This document shows, piece by piece, positions 27,680-36,811 of a stretch of DNA of 64,000 nucleotides. Below the pieces are notes generated by a model, which had not been told where the DNA came from, did no database searches, and was given only the letters and a program-made list of their open reading frames with translations. How positions within the stretch are numbered: position 1 is the stretch's first letter; each line of letters starts with the position of its first letter. The translations under genes were made by a program, and so were the position numbers. The DNA comes from Candidatus Gottesmanbacteria bacterium (GTDB taxonomy: Bacteria; Patescibacteriota; Microgenomatia; UBA10105; UBA927): contig JACRMP010000015.1 of assembly GCA_016214885.1 (NCBI GenBank), forward strand, positions 13,420-77,419, written 5' to 3'.

Positions 27680-28636
27680 ATGGCCAAAAAAGCATTGATC
27701 ACCGGTATAGCTGGTTTTGTAGGAAGTCATATGGCAGAACTGCTTCTGTCACAGGGGTATGAGGTTTATGGGTTGAGCCGGCCGCGGAGCAAAATGGATC
27801 ACATTGAATCCATCAAGTCCAAAATCCAGCTTGAGGACGCGGATCTTTTGGATAGCCACAGTCTGTACACGACGATCAACAAAATCAGGCCGGATTATAT
27901 TTTCCATTTAGCCGCTCAGTCATTTGTTCCGACATCATGGGGGTCACCCGCCGTGACACTTGAAGTGAACATCGTGGGGAGTGCAAATGTATTTGAGGCC
28001 GTGCGACAGGTGGGGATTGACCCTGTGATTCAGATTGCCTGTTCTTCTGAAGAATACGGACTGGTACACGCAGACGAAGTACCGATAAAGGAAACCAATC
28101 CATTGCGTCCGCTTTCCCCATATGCGGTAAGCAAGCTTGCGATGGATTACCTGGGATACCAGTATTTTGAGTCATACAAGATGCGCATTATCCGAACCCG
28201 CGGATTTAACCATACTGGCCCGCGCCGCGGAGACACCTTTGCGGAATCCACGTTCGCAAAACAGATTGCCATGATAGAAAAAGGCAAACAGGAGCCGGTG
28301 ATTTATGTCGGCAACCTGGAAGCGGAACGTGATTACACCGATGTCCGTGATATGGTGCGTGCGTACTTATTGGCAGTAGATAAATGTGATGCGGGCGACG
28401 TATATAATATTTCGACCGGTACCGCGATAAAAATAGCTGACGTCTTAAAGCTCATGCTCTCCATGAGTAAGGTGAAAGTGGAGATCAAAGAGGATCCGAA
28501 ACGCATGCGTCCTTCCGATGTCCCGATACTTATCGGTGACAACTCCAAGTTTGTCGCCAAAACCGGATGGAAGCCGGAGATTCCCTTCACTAAAACCGCT
28601 GAGGATCTGCTCAACTATTGGCGCGAACGCGTTTAA
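27680..28636 (+). CDS. gmd: GDP-mannose 4,6-dehydratase (short form)
   Basis: Colinear with E. coli Gmd along its length: ALITGIAGFVGSH..., SSEEYGLV, PLSPYAVSK, NHTGPRRGDTF, GNLEAERDYTDVRD, GWKPEI. Confidence 0.8.
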   Translation: MAKKALITGIAGFVGSHMAELLLSQGYEVYGLSRPRSKMDHIESIKSKIQLEDADLLDSHSLYTTINKIRPDYIFHLAAQSFVPTSWGSPAVTLEVNIVGSANVFEAVRQVGIDPVIQIACSSEEYGLVHADEVPIKETNPLRPLSPYAVSKLAMDYLGYQYFESYKMRIIRTRGFNHTGPRRGDTFAESTFAKQIAMIEKGKQEPVIYVGNLEAERDYTDVRDMVRAYLLAVDKCDAGDVYNISTGTAIKIADVLKLMLSMSKVKVEIKEDPKRMRPSDVPILIGDNSKFVAKTGWKPEIPFTKTAEDLLNYWRERV

Positions 28637-28657
28637 TCCGAAAGGCTCAGCGTTATT

Positions 28658-29770
28658 ATGAAAGCCGTCATTATTCTGCCGACGTTTAACGAGCGGGAAA
28701 ACATTACCAGCATGCTCACTAAGCTGGTTACCGTGATGGCGACGGTGAAAGGATATACATACGCAATCCTTGTCGTTGACGATAATTCTCCTGACGGTAC
28801 TGCTGACGAGGTGCGTGAATTTGCCAAGAAGCACCCCAATATCCACATCCTTACCGGTAAGAAAGAGGGGCTAGGTAAAGCGCTTCTCCGGGGGATGACC
28901 CATGCCATCGATTCGATGCAGGCAGATGTTATTGCACAACTGGATGCCGATTTGTCCCATGACCCGTCGGCGTTGCCGAAGTTTTTTCAAAAAATCAGCA
29001 ATGGGGACGGTTTTGTGGTGGGTAGTAGATATATCCCCGGCGGATCCATTCCGGAAAACTGGGGTATTCACCGGAAAATTTTCAGTATTGTCGGAAACTC
29101 CATCGTGCGGTTCGGTTTGGGATTTCCGTATGTCCATGACTGGACGGGGGGATACCGTGTTTTCAGAAAAGAATATTTTGAGATGGCTAAACCAAAAGTG
29201 GCAAGATACAGCGGGTATGTTTATCAAATCGCATTTCTTCATAATGCGATCCTCGACGGCGCCAAAGTGGGGGAAGTTCCTATTCACTTTACCGACCGGA
29301 AATTCGGCCGAAGCAAAATTGCACCGCTCCAGTATATACGGAATGTTTTTCTTTATGTGGGGCGTGCGAGACTTCACCAGCTTCGTCACGGATCATTTGC
29401 TAAATTTGCCGTAGTGGGAACCGTAGGATTCACTATAAACACCACTATTTTGGAATTACTGGTACGAAGCGGATTCCATCCCGCTGTGGGAAGCGCCCTT
29501 GGCGCCGAGTGCGCAATTATTTCTAATTTTTTCTTTAACAACAGCTGGACATTCAAAGGTAAAAAAATACACGGCCTCCGCCTTATACCCAAGTTTTTGC
29601 AGTTTAATCTGACTTCATTGGGCGCCCTCCTTATCCAGTCGGGTACCGTGGCGTTTGGAACCTTTATGTTTGGGGAAGAAGTATACCGGTGGTTTTATCT
29701 ATTAGGGGTAGGTATCGGGCTTATCTGGAACTACACCATGTATTCGAAAGTAATTTGGAAGAATAAATAA
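28658..29770 (+). CDS. GT2 polyprenyl-phosphate glycosyltransferase (DPM1/CsbB/GtrB-like) fused to a C-terminal GtrA-like 4-TM domain
   Basis: PTFNEREN start, VVDDNSPDGT, and QLDADLSHDP DxD region match the GT2/DPM1 signature. A C-terminal 4-helix GtrA-like domain follows (FAKFAVVGTVGF...LLIQSGTVAFG). Confidence 0.8.
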   Translation: MKAVIILPTFNERENITSMLTKLVTVMATVKGYTYAILVVDDNSPDGTADEVREFAKKHPNIHILTGKKEGLGKALLRGMTHAIDSMQADVIAQLDADLSHDPSALPKFFQKISNGDGFVVGSRYIPGGSIPENWGIHRKIFSIVGNSIVRFGLGFPYVHDWTGGYRVFRKEYFEMAKPKVARYSGYVYQIAFLHNAILDGAKVGEVPIHFTDRKFGRSKIAPLQYIRNVFLYVGRARLHQLRHGSFAKFAVVGTVGFTINTTILELLVRSGFHPAVGSALGAECAIISNFFFNNSWTFKGKKIHGLRLIPKFLQFNLTSLGALLIQSGTVAFGTFMFGEEVYRWFYLLGVGIGLIWNYTMYSKVIWKNK

Positions 29771-29772
29771 GC

Positions 29773-31356
29773 ATGACGACATTTATACGGCGTCTCACCC
29801 CATACATCCCCGTAATCATTCTAGTCTGTATTTTGCTGTTAGGGGCATACCTCAGGCTTTATAAAATTTCCGAGTATATGACATTTCTTGGAGATGAAGG
29901 CAGGGATATGCTGGTCATTAAACGGATGATTGTGGATCATAAGTTTACCCTTCTGGGGCCGACAGCCTCGGTAGGCGGATTTTTTCTGGGACCTATTTAT
30001 TATTATTTCATGCTCCCGTTTGTGTGGGTTTCCGGCCTTAATCCGGCGGGGGCGGCGGTCATGGTTGCATTGTTTGGTATAGCCACAATCTATGCCGTAT
30101 ATCGGTTGGGGCGTGACGCCTTTGATGAATGGGTGGGGCTTACAGCAGCATCTTTATACGCGGTGTCACCTGTGGTTATCGCGTATTCCCGTTCATCGTG
30201 GAACCCCAATCTGGTGCCGTTTTTTTCGACCGTACTAATATACCTCTTATGGAGATCGGTTGTCAGAACTGAACCCCGTTTATTGTTTTGGATTGGTATT
30301 TGTCTCGGTATCGGATTACAGCTTCATTATTTGTTTCTTTTCCTGTTTCCTGTTGTGGGGGTATGGTTCCTCTTGTACGGGCGTAAAAAGGGATGGCTCA
30401 TCCATTACGGATACGGTGTGGTAGGATTTCTCGTAGGGTATGGACCGTTTTTGGCATTTGAGCTCCGCCACGGATTCCCCAATACTATTTCTATAATAAA
30501 TTTTTTGCGTGAAGGGGAGGGGACAGGGCTTGTAGTTTCTACTTTTTGGAATAACATAGTTGATGTTTCGTACCGGTTGTTCGGGCGTCTGGTTTTTAGA
30601 CTTCCGCCGCCTGAGCAAATGCGTGATCTTGCCGTTTGGCAGCAAACAGCATGGTCGTATACGGTAACCTCATCTATCGCTGTTTCTATTGGTCTTTTGG
30701 TGGCCTGGGCTTCCCGGTTATTCAGCGCTCCCTGGTTAACTAAGAAAAAAGAAGAGTCTGCCGTGCTTGCTAAAGCCGCGGTATTATTGTTACTTTGGCT
30801 ATTTGTTCCCTTGGTGCTTTTTGGATTTTATAAAAAGGGAATATACGATTATTACTTCGGTTTATTCTTTGTCCTGCCGTTTTTGTCTGTGGCACTTATC
30901 CTTCGGGTTCTTAAAACGAGTAAACTCGGGCAATTGATTGCTTACGTCATACTGCTGGGGCTATTATATTTGAATTGGGAAGGAAGACCTTTTAAATTTA
31001 TCCCGAATAATCAGTTGGCGCAGGCGCGAGCGATAGCAAAAGTGGCTTTCGAAAAAACTGACGGTAAACCGTATAATTTTGCATTAATAACAAGCGGTAA
31101 CTCCGATCATGCATACCGGTACTTTTTTGAGATCTGGGGTAATCCTCCAACACCTATCGAGAATGAAGTTATTGATCCGGAAAGGAAAAGTGTAACTGAC
31201 CAGCTCATTATTATCTGCGAGCAGCCGGAATGTAAACCATTGGGGCATCCGCTATGGGAAATCGCCGGGTTCGGCAGGGCAGAAATCGTCGGCGAGTGGC
31301 CGGCATCTTTTGTGAAGGTCATGAAATTAGTACACTACAAAGAGGGCGGCTTATGA
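29773..31356 (+). CDS. GT-C-fold membrane glycosyltransferase, ArnT/PMT-like (paralog group D)
   Basis: ~12 TM with an FLGDEGRD loop motif after TM1. Paralog of 59878-61380, which has FLGDQGRT. Confidence 0.6.
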   Translation: MTTFIRRLTPYIPVIILVCILLLGAYLRLYKISEYMTFLGDEGRDMLVIKRMIVDHKFTLLGPTASVGGFFLGPIYYYFMLPFVWVSGLNPAGAAVMVALFGIATIYAVYRLGRDAFDEWVGLTAASLYAVSPVVIAYSRSSWNPNLVPFFSTVLIYLLWRSVVRTEPRLLFWIGICLGIGLQLHYLFLFLFPVVGVWFLLYGRKKGWLIHYGYGVVGFLVGYGPFLAFELRHGFPNTISIINFLREGEGTGLVVSTFWNNIVDVSYRLFGRLVFRLPPPEQMRDLAVWQQTAWSYTVTSSIAVSIGLLVAWASRLFSAPWLTKKKEESAVLAKAAVLLLLWLFVPLVLFGFYKKGIYDYYFGLFFVLPFLSVALILRVLKTSKLGQLIAYVILLGLLYLNWEGRPFKFIPNNQLAQARAIAKVAFEKTDGKPYNFALITSGNSDHAYRYFFEIWGNPPTPIENEVIDPERKSVTDQLIIICEQPECKPLGHPLWEIAGFGRAEIVGEWPASFVKVMKLVHYKEGGL

Positions 31357-32105
31357 CAAATCCTTTTCTTTCTGTAGTCATCCCTTCATACAATGAAGAA
31401 ACTAATATCCGTTTAGGAAGCCTGGATAAAGTCTCTCGGTATCTCGAACGGCAGCCATATGCCTGGGAAGCGATCCTTGTGGATGATGGTTCGACCGACG
31501 GCTCACCCGAACTTATGGATGCGTTTGCCAAAGCAAACCCGGGATTCTCCGTCATGCACAATATGCATCGCGGTAAAGCAGAAACCGTCGTTTCCGGCGT
31601 TATCAAAGCTAAAGGTTCCATTGTGCTATTTTCGGATTTGGATCAGGCAACACCCATATCGGAATTGGAAAAAATACTTCCGTGGTTTGATAAAGGATTT
31701 GATGTGGTAATAGGCAGCCGTAACCGGAAACGTGAAGGTGCGCCTTTGTCGCGGATTATTATGGCGCGCGGATTCATGATACTTAGGGGGCTTATATTGG
31801 GTCTTAAGGGGATCACTGATACACAGTGCGGATTTAAGGCGTTTAAGCGTCACGTAGCAAAAGACATCTTTGCCCGGCTGGAACTGTATGCTTCCCATCA
31901 GGAGGTGCATGGACCCATGGTGACCGCGGGGTTTGATATAGAGACGCTATTTTTAGCCAAACAGTTGGGATTTAAAATTAAAGAAGTTCCTGTGGAGTGG
32001 CATTATGTGGAAACCAGAAGGGTAAATCCCATAAAAGATTCGATACAGGGATTTGTAGATATGTTGAGGATCCGTATAAACGCATGGCAGGGCAAATACC
32101 GTTAA
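31353..32105 (+). CDS. GT2 polyprenyl-phosphate glycosyltransferase (DPM1/GtrB-like)
   Basis: VVIPSYNEE, VDDGSTDGS, DLDQATP, QCGFKAF motifs. ATGA-coupled to the upstream GT-C gene. Confidence 0.8.
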   Translation: MTNPFLSVVIPSYNEETNIRLGSLDKVSRYLERQPYAWEAILVDDGSTDGSPELMDAFAKANPGFSVMHNMHRGKAETVVSGVIKAKGSIVLFSDLDQATPISELEKILPWFDKGFDVVIGSRNRKREGAPLSRIIMARGFMILRGLILGLKGITDTQCGFKAFKRHVAKDIFARLELYASHQEVHGPMVTAGFDIETLFLAKQLGFKIKEVPVEWHYVETRRVNPIKDSIQGFVDMLRIRINAWQGKYR

Positions 32106-32133
32106 CATAGGGTGCGGCTCCGCACACATTCGC

Positions 32134-33276
32134 ATGAAGAAATCACAAGGTCTGTTAATGGGATATATAGCAGTCTCCCTGGCGTTATTTTTATTTTCGT
32201 ATACCCAGGTGGACTTAAATCTTACCCTTTCCCGGGTGGGACCAATGCAGGTTATCCAAAAAGCATTCCAGCATATTGGATTTTACCAGCGTCCGCTGTC
32301 GGCCGGCATATATATTGGGATAATTGCGGCACTCTTTTTTCTCTATGGCAGAGTGCTCACACTTACCAGAACCGGTGTTTTAGGGATCCGCGACCTATCA
32401 AAGATCATCGTTTGTGCCGTTGTAATTCTCGTATTCTCATACCCAGCGGCGTTTTCATACGATTTTTTTAACTATCTGTTTACTGCAAAAACGGTACTTG
32501 TGTATCACCAGAATCCTTACACGGTGACTCCGCTTCAGTTTTCTGGCATTGATCCCTGGACAAACTTTATGCGGTGGACGCATTTAACCAGCGCCTATAC
32601 GCCGCTATGGATAGGTTTAAGCCTGGTGCCTTATATTGTAGGATTGGGTTATTTTATAACCGTACTGTTTGCGACAAAAATAATGGTTGCCGGTTTTTAT
32701 GTTCTTGCCGTGTACGCGCTTGCAAAAGCAGTAAATAAAAGCGGAACAATGCATCCGGCATACCCGGTGGCAATGGTTGCCCTTAACCCGCTTATTCTTA
32801 TCGAATCATTAGTCAGCGGGCACAATGATATTGTTCTGGTCTCGCTGGCTATGCTTTCCGTGTGGATGTACATGGATAAAAAAATATACGCCTCCTGGCT
32901 ATATTTGGGGTTATCGGTTGCGGCCAAACTTATGACGATATTTTTAATTCCCGTGTATTTGCTCCGCAAAAATAAAGATTGGATGCTTGCAGCCATGGCA
33001 CTAGGCCTTGTTGCGGTATTACTTCAGCGTGAATTTTTACCGTGGTACGGGGTATGGGTGCTGCCGTTTGTCGCGCTCAATTATGAAATGACGAAAATAG
33101 TGCGATTGTCCATAATTGTTTCGGTGGGTTTGCTCCTAAGCTATGTACCGTATCTGTATTTAGGTGAATACTCGGTAACGGAGTCCCTGTGGAAAACTGG
33201 TTTCGTTTGGGGCGGTATTGTGCTGGGATTGATGTCGCTTATTTTACCGGATAGATCACAAATCAGCGGGAAATAA
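32134..33276 (+). CDS. polytopic membrane protein, GT87/DUF2029-like putative glycosyltransferase
   Basis: ~10 TM. Loop motif HNDIVLVSLAMLSVWMY...AAKLMTIFLIPVYL resembles one in 61428-62699. Confidence 0.4.
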   Translation: MKKSQGLLMGYIAVSLALFLFSYTQVDLNLTLSRVGPMQVIQKAFQHIGFYQRPLSAGIYIGIIAALFFLYGRVLTLTRTGVLGIRDLSKIIVCAVVILVFSYPAAFSYDFFNYLFTAKTVLVYHQNPYTVTPLQFSGIDPWTNFMRWTHLTSAYTPLWIGLSLVPYIVGLGYFITVLFATKIMVAGFYVLAVYALAKAVNKSGTMHPAYPVAMVALNPLILIESLVSGHNDIVLVSLAMLSVWMYMDKKIYASWLYLGLSVAAKLMTIFLIPVYLLRKNKDWMLAAMALGLVAVLLQREFLPWYGVWVLPFVALNYEMTKIVRLSIIVSVGLLLSYVPYLYLGEYSVTESLWKTGFVWGGIVLGLMSLILPDRSQISGK

Positions 33277-33607
33277 TCCCAACAACGATAAGGAATTGTA
33301 CTACGATAAGCATGCCATTGATGGCAATAATGGGTTTTTCCCGGTGAAGTATACCGTAATAAAGCCAAAAACAAGATGCGAGAAGAAATCCTGTCCATGA
33401 TATAAGCGAGACACCCCCGGTGTCGGGAACAGTCCAAACTGAGACAAGCTGGGGGATATTGACGGCAACGGTAAGAGCCCCCATAAGATATGCTGATTTA
33501 TCGATAAAGGTGATAAGATTTTTTTTGCCGCTTTTGCCGTGTTTATGTGTTTTTACAGCGTGATGAAATCCTGTCTGCATACGTAAAATCAGTGTAGCAC
33601 ACTGCAT
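33263..33607 (-). CDS. SemiSWEET (PQ-loop) small sugar transporter
   Basis: C-terminal 74 aa form 3 TM with the PQ motif (VNIPQLVSVW) and WLYYGIL, closely matching bacterial SemiSWEETs. The true start is probably the internal Met near 33484. Confidence 0.55.
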   Translation of the reverse strand: MQCATLILRMQTGFHHAVKTHKHGKSGKKNLITFIDKSAYLMGALTVAVNIPQLVSVWTVPDTGGVSLISWTGFLLASCFWLYYGILHREKPIIAINGMLIVVQFLIVVGIISR

Positions 33608-33664
33608 TCATTTACCGGAGTTCCGCAGTTTCGGAAGAATCTGCTAGTTTTCACGCATTTAGGA

Positions 33665-33670
33665 TATAAT
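33665..33670 (+). promoter_or_regulatory. -10 element (TATAAT) 7 nt upstream of an ATG, putative leaderless promoter
   Basis: TATAAT-N7-ATG with no SD. The same architecture occurs at 12031, 13615 and 26349. Confidence 0.35.
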
Positions 33671-33677
33671 CATAAGT

Positions 33678-35201
33678 ATGCGATGGAATGCAAAATGGCT
33701 CCTGTTTGCGTTGGGGGTAATTGCCCTGGCAACAGCGTACGCCGTAACCCGGCTTAGCAATCTTACGGCGCTACCCATATTTACCGATGAAGCCATATAT
33801 ATCCGCTGGTCCCAGATCGGCATGCGGGATGCCGCGTGGCGGTTTATTTCCCTGTCTGACGGCAAACAGCCGATGTTTACCTGGGTGATGATGATCCTCC
33901 TTAAGGTGTTTGAGGGGATGGACCCGTTGTTTATTGGCAGGCTGACCTCTGTTATTGCGGGGGCAGGAACACTTATCGGGTTATGGCTTGTTTCCAATGA
34001 TTTGTTCAGGGATAAGCGGGTAGCCTGGATGACCGGAGTTATTTATGTATTACTGCCGTTTAGCACCTGGTACGACCGGGTAGCGCTGTATGACTCCATG
34101 GTGGGCACGTTTGCGGTATGGAGCCTGCTTCTGGCCATACGATTGGTACGTAAGCCTCAACTGGATACCGCCCTTATTCTCGGTATGGTACTGGGAGCCG
34201 GTATGCTTAATAAAAGCTCGGGATTTTTGTCGCTGTACTTTTTGCCGGTAACACTTTTGCTGTTTGACTGGCAGGCAAAAAATATTCGTCGCAGACTGAT
34301 TACCTGGGCGGGACTGGTACTATTGGCAGCGTTACTATCCCAGGTGTTTTACAGCGTGCTGAGGCTCTCGCCACTCTTCCACATGGTAGGGCAAAAAGAC
34401 AATGTATTTATTTTCTCCATGAGCGAATGGCTTAACCAACCATTCCGGTTTTTGGAAGGGAACCTCCGGGGAATGTTTGACTGGCTCAGGCATTACATGA
34501 CCCTCCCGCTGTTTATTGCTGCATTCGTACCTATTTTTATGCGGTGGCCCAAAACACGGGAAACATGGCTTCTGTATTTTTGGTGGGCGCTGCCGTTTGC
34601 AGCACTTGCTAACTTTGCCAAGATTCTTTATCCGAGATTTATTTTTTTCATGACCCTGCCGCTAGTTATGGCGGCGGCATTTACCGCCATAATGCTGTGG
34701 GATAAGCTCAAGAATCGGTCCATGCGCTACATTATGCTGGCCGCACTTCTCATTCCAAGTATATATACGACCTGGTTTGTGGTCACCCAGCCTAAAGCCG
34801 CTCCCATACCCCTTGCTGAGCGAGGGCAATTTATCGATGACTGGCCTGCGGGAGGCGGGGTAAAAGAAGTGGTTTCCTATCTTGCCGCTGAATCAGCGTA
34901 TCAGAAGATTAACGTGTTTACCGAGGGAACATTCGGTTTGCTGCCCTACGCTCTCGAAATATACCTGGTTGACCGGCCGAACGTGACGATTACCGGCATT
35001 TGGCCGATCCCGCCGGTGATTCCTGATGAGATTGCCCGCGCCGCCAGCAGTTCAGCAACCTATTTTGTCATGAATGAATCACAGGTTGCTCCTGACTGGC
35101 CGATTATATTAATCGGTGAATATGAGAAGGGGAACAGGGCTGACCACAAGAAACTGCGTTTTTACCGGGTAAATACTCCGCCGTTTTCTGACCCGCAGTA
35201 G
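33678..35201 (+). CDS. GT-C-fold membrane glycosyltransferase, ArnT/PMT-like (group E)
   Basis: ~12 TM. FTDEAIYIRW matches the DE motif in the first extracytoplasmic loop typical of the ArnT/PMT_2 family. Confidence 0.6.
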   Translation: MRWNAKWLLFALGVIALATAYAVTRLSNLTALPIFTDEAIYIRWSQIGMRDAAWRFISLSDGKQPMFTWVMMILLKVFEGMDPLFIGRLTSVIAGAGTLIGLWLVSNDLFRDKRVAWMTGVIYVLLPFSTWYDRVALYDSMVGTFAVWSLLLAIRLVRKPQLDTALILGMVLGAGMLNKSSGFLSLYFLPVTLLLFDWQAKNIRRRLITWAGLVLLAALLSQVFYSVLRLSPLFHMVGQKDNVFIFSMSEWLNQPFRFLEGNLRGMFDWLRHYMTLPLFIAAFVPIFMRWPKTRETWLLYFWWALPFAALANFAKILYPRFIFFMTLPLVMAAAFTAIMLWDKLKNRSMRYIMLAALLIPSIYTTWFVVTQPKAAPIPLAERGQFIDDWPAGGGVKEVVSYLAAESAYQKINVFTEGTFGLLPYALEIYLVDRPNVTITGIWPIPPVIPDEIARAASSSATYFVMNESQVAPDWPIILIGEYEKGNRADHKKLRFYRVNTPPFSDPQ

Positions 35202-35221
35202 CAGACTGAGCCTGATGATAT

Positions 35222-36811
35222 ATGAAAAAAAAGTACCACCCCCACCCCTCTCCGTCAAAAGAAGCAGATAGTAATCCATCCATATCGGGGAGGCGGCGTT
35301 TGCCGGTTATATGGCCGGTACTACTTATTGGTATAGCCCTTTTTGCCGTTTTGTATCCGCTCATGCGTCCGGGATTTTTTGTGTCTGATGACGGCGAGTG
35401 GATGATCATACGGCTATCCGCGTTTTATCAGAGCCTTGCCGACGGACAGTTTCCCGTGCGGTACCTAGGAAGACTCAACAATAGTTATGGGTATCCCGTT
35501 GCCAATTTTTTGTATCCTTGATTTATGTATATCGGTTCATTTATCCGCCTTCTGGGTCCGACATTCACCGACGCAGTGAAAATTATTCTGGCGGGTTCGG
35601 TAATCGCCGGAGCGGGAGCGATTTTTGCCGCACTCCGTGTACGGCGAGGTATCTTGCCGAGTCTCACCGGGGCGCTAAGTTTTATTTTTGCCCCTTACCT
35701 TTTGTATGACCTCTATCACCGCGGATCGGTGGGAGAGGTGCTGGCAATAAGCGCTGCCGCGTTTGCCCTGCTTGCGCTGTCGCGCGGGTGGACCTGGTTG
35801 TTTGCACCCGCGGTAGGACTGCTTATCATTAGCCACAACACGGTTGCAATGCTTATGGGTGTTGTGTTGTTGTCCCTTGTATTGGTTCACTCTGCCCGGG
35901 TCAGGTTTCTCATTTCAGGGATACTCGGGGTAGGGTTCGCCGCGTTTTTTTGGTTACCGGCGCTCGTAGAAAAAAATCTGGTTCGGTTTGATCTGGTAAC
36001 GGTATCGGATCCTTCTGCATACTTCGTAACTCTTGCAAACGCAGGACTTCTCGGAGTTGCGGTAATTGTTTCCTTGGCGGTTATGCTCAGGCTGAAGAAT
36101 ACTCTGACTGCAGAGGATAAGGTAATGACGCTATGGACAACTGTCGGTTTATTGTTGAGCCTGCCCATCAGTATGCCACTGTGGAAGGTAACTGAATTTT
36201 CATCGCTTATCCAGTTTCCTTACCGTCTGCTCGTGCTTCCCGTGCTATTGGGGCCCTGGATGGTGAGTTTTGTGACGGAAAAACTGAAGGGTTGGGCGCA
36301 GCGAGCGTTTGTAGGAGTATTAATTATCATATGGATGATCGGTATTATTCCGCCTCTTAACCGTATTAAGTATGTGGTTCGCTCTGAGGGGTTTTACACC
36401 ACCAATGAGGCAACTACAAATGTGGCTAATGAATATATGCCCCGGTGGGTGACTGACGTGCCTGTTACCCGTCCCGTAGAAACATTGGAAGTAATTGACG
36501 GCGATGTAACACTCTCCGGCCGGACGTTTTCCGGTGAACGAATCCTGTTTACTGCAGATGCAAAAGTGGAAAGTAAAGTGCAGATAAATAAGGTCTATTA
36601 TCCCGGTTGGGGAGTAACCATAGATAATCGTCTTATCCCCATCAATTATCATAACGCCCTGGGTGTAATGCAAATCGAAATTCCTCAGGGAAATCATACT
36701 GTCTCAATACAGTTCCGGGAAACGCCGTTTAGATTTATAGCTGATCTTATCAGTCTGATTTCATTTATCGTTTATTTGATTCTTATAAGAAGGTTGCAAA
36801 AGTCATCATGA
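35222..36811 (+). pseudogene. YfhO-like GT-C membrane protein (group A) interrupted by one in-frame TGA at 35519-35521
   Basis: ORFs 35222-35521 and 35525-36811 lie in the same frame, separated only by TGA (...NFLYP*FMYIGS...). Together they align colinearly with paralogs 36808-38460 and 58201-59832. Confidence 0.6.

Noticed and set aside
35519-35521. Alternative genetic code (UGA recoded as Gly or Trp) to explain the in-frame TGA
   Set aside because: TGA terminates many clearly complete genes in the window (for example at 1066, 1839 and 14059), and an RF2 gene with the SPF motif is present. A single in-frame TGA fits a pseudogene or sequencing error better.
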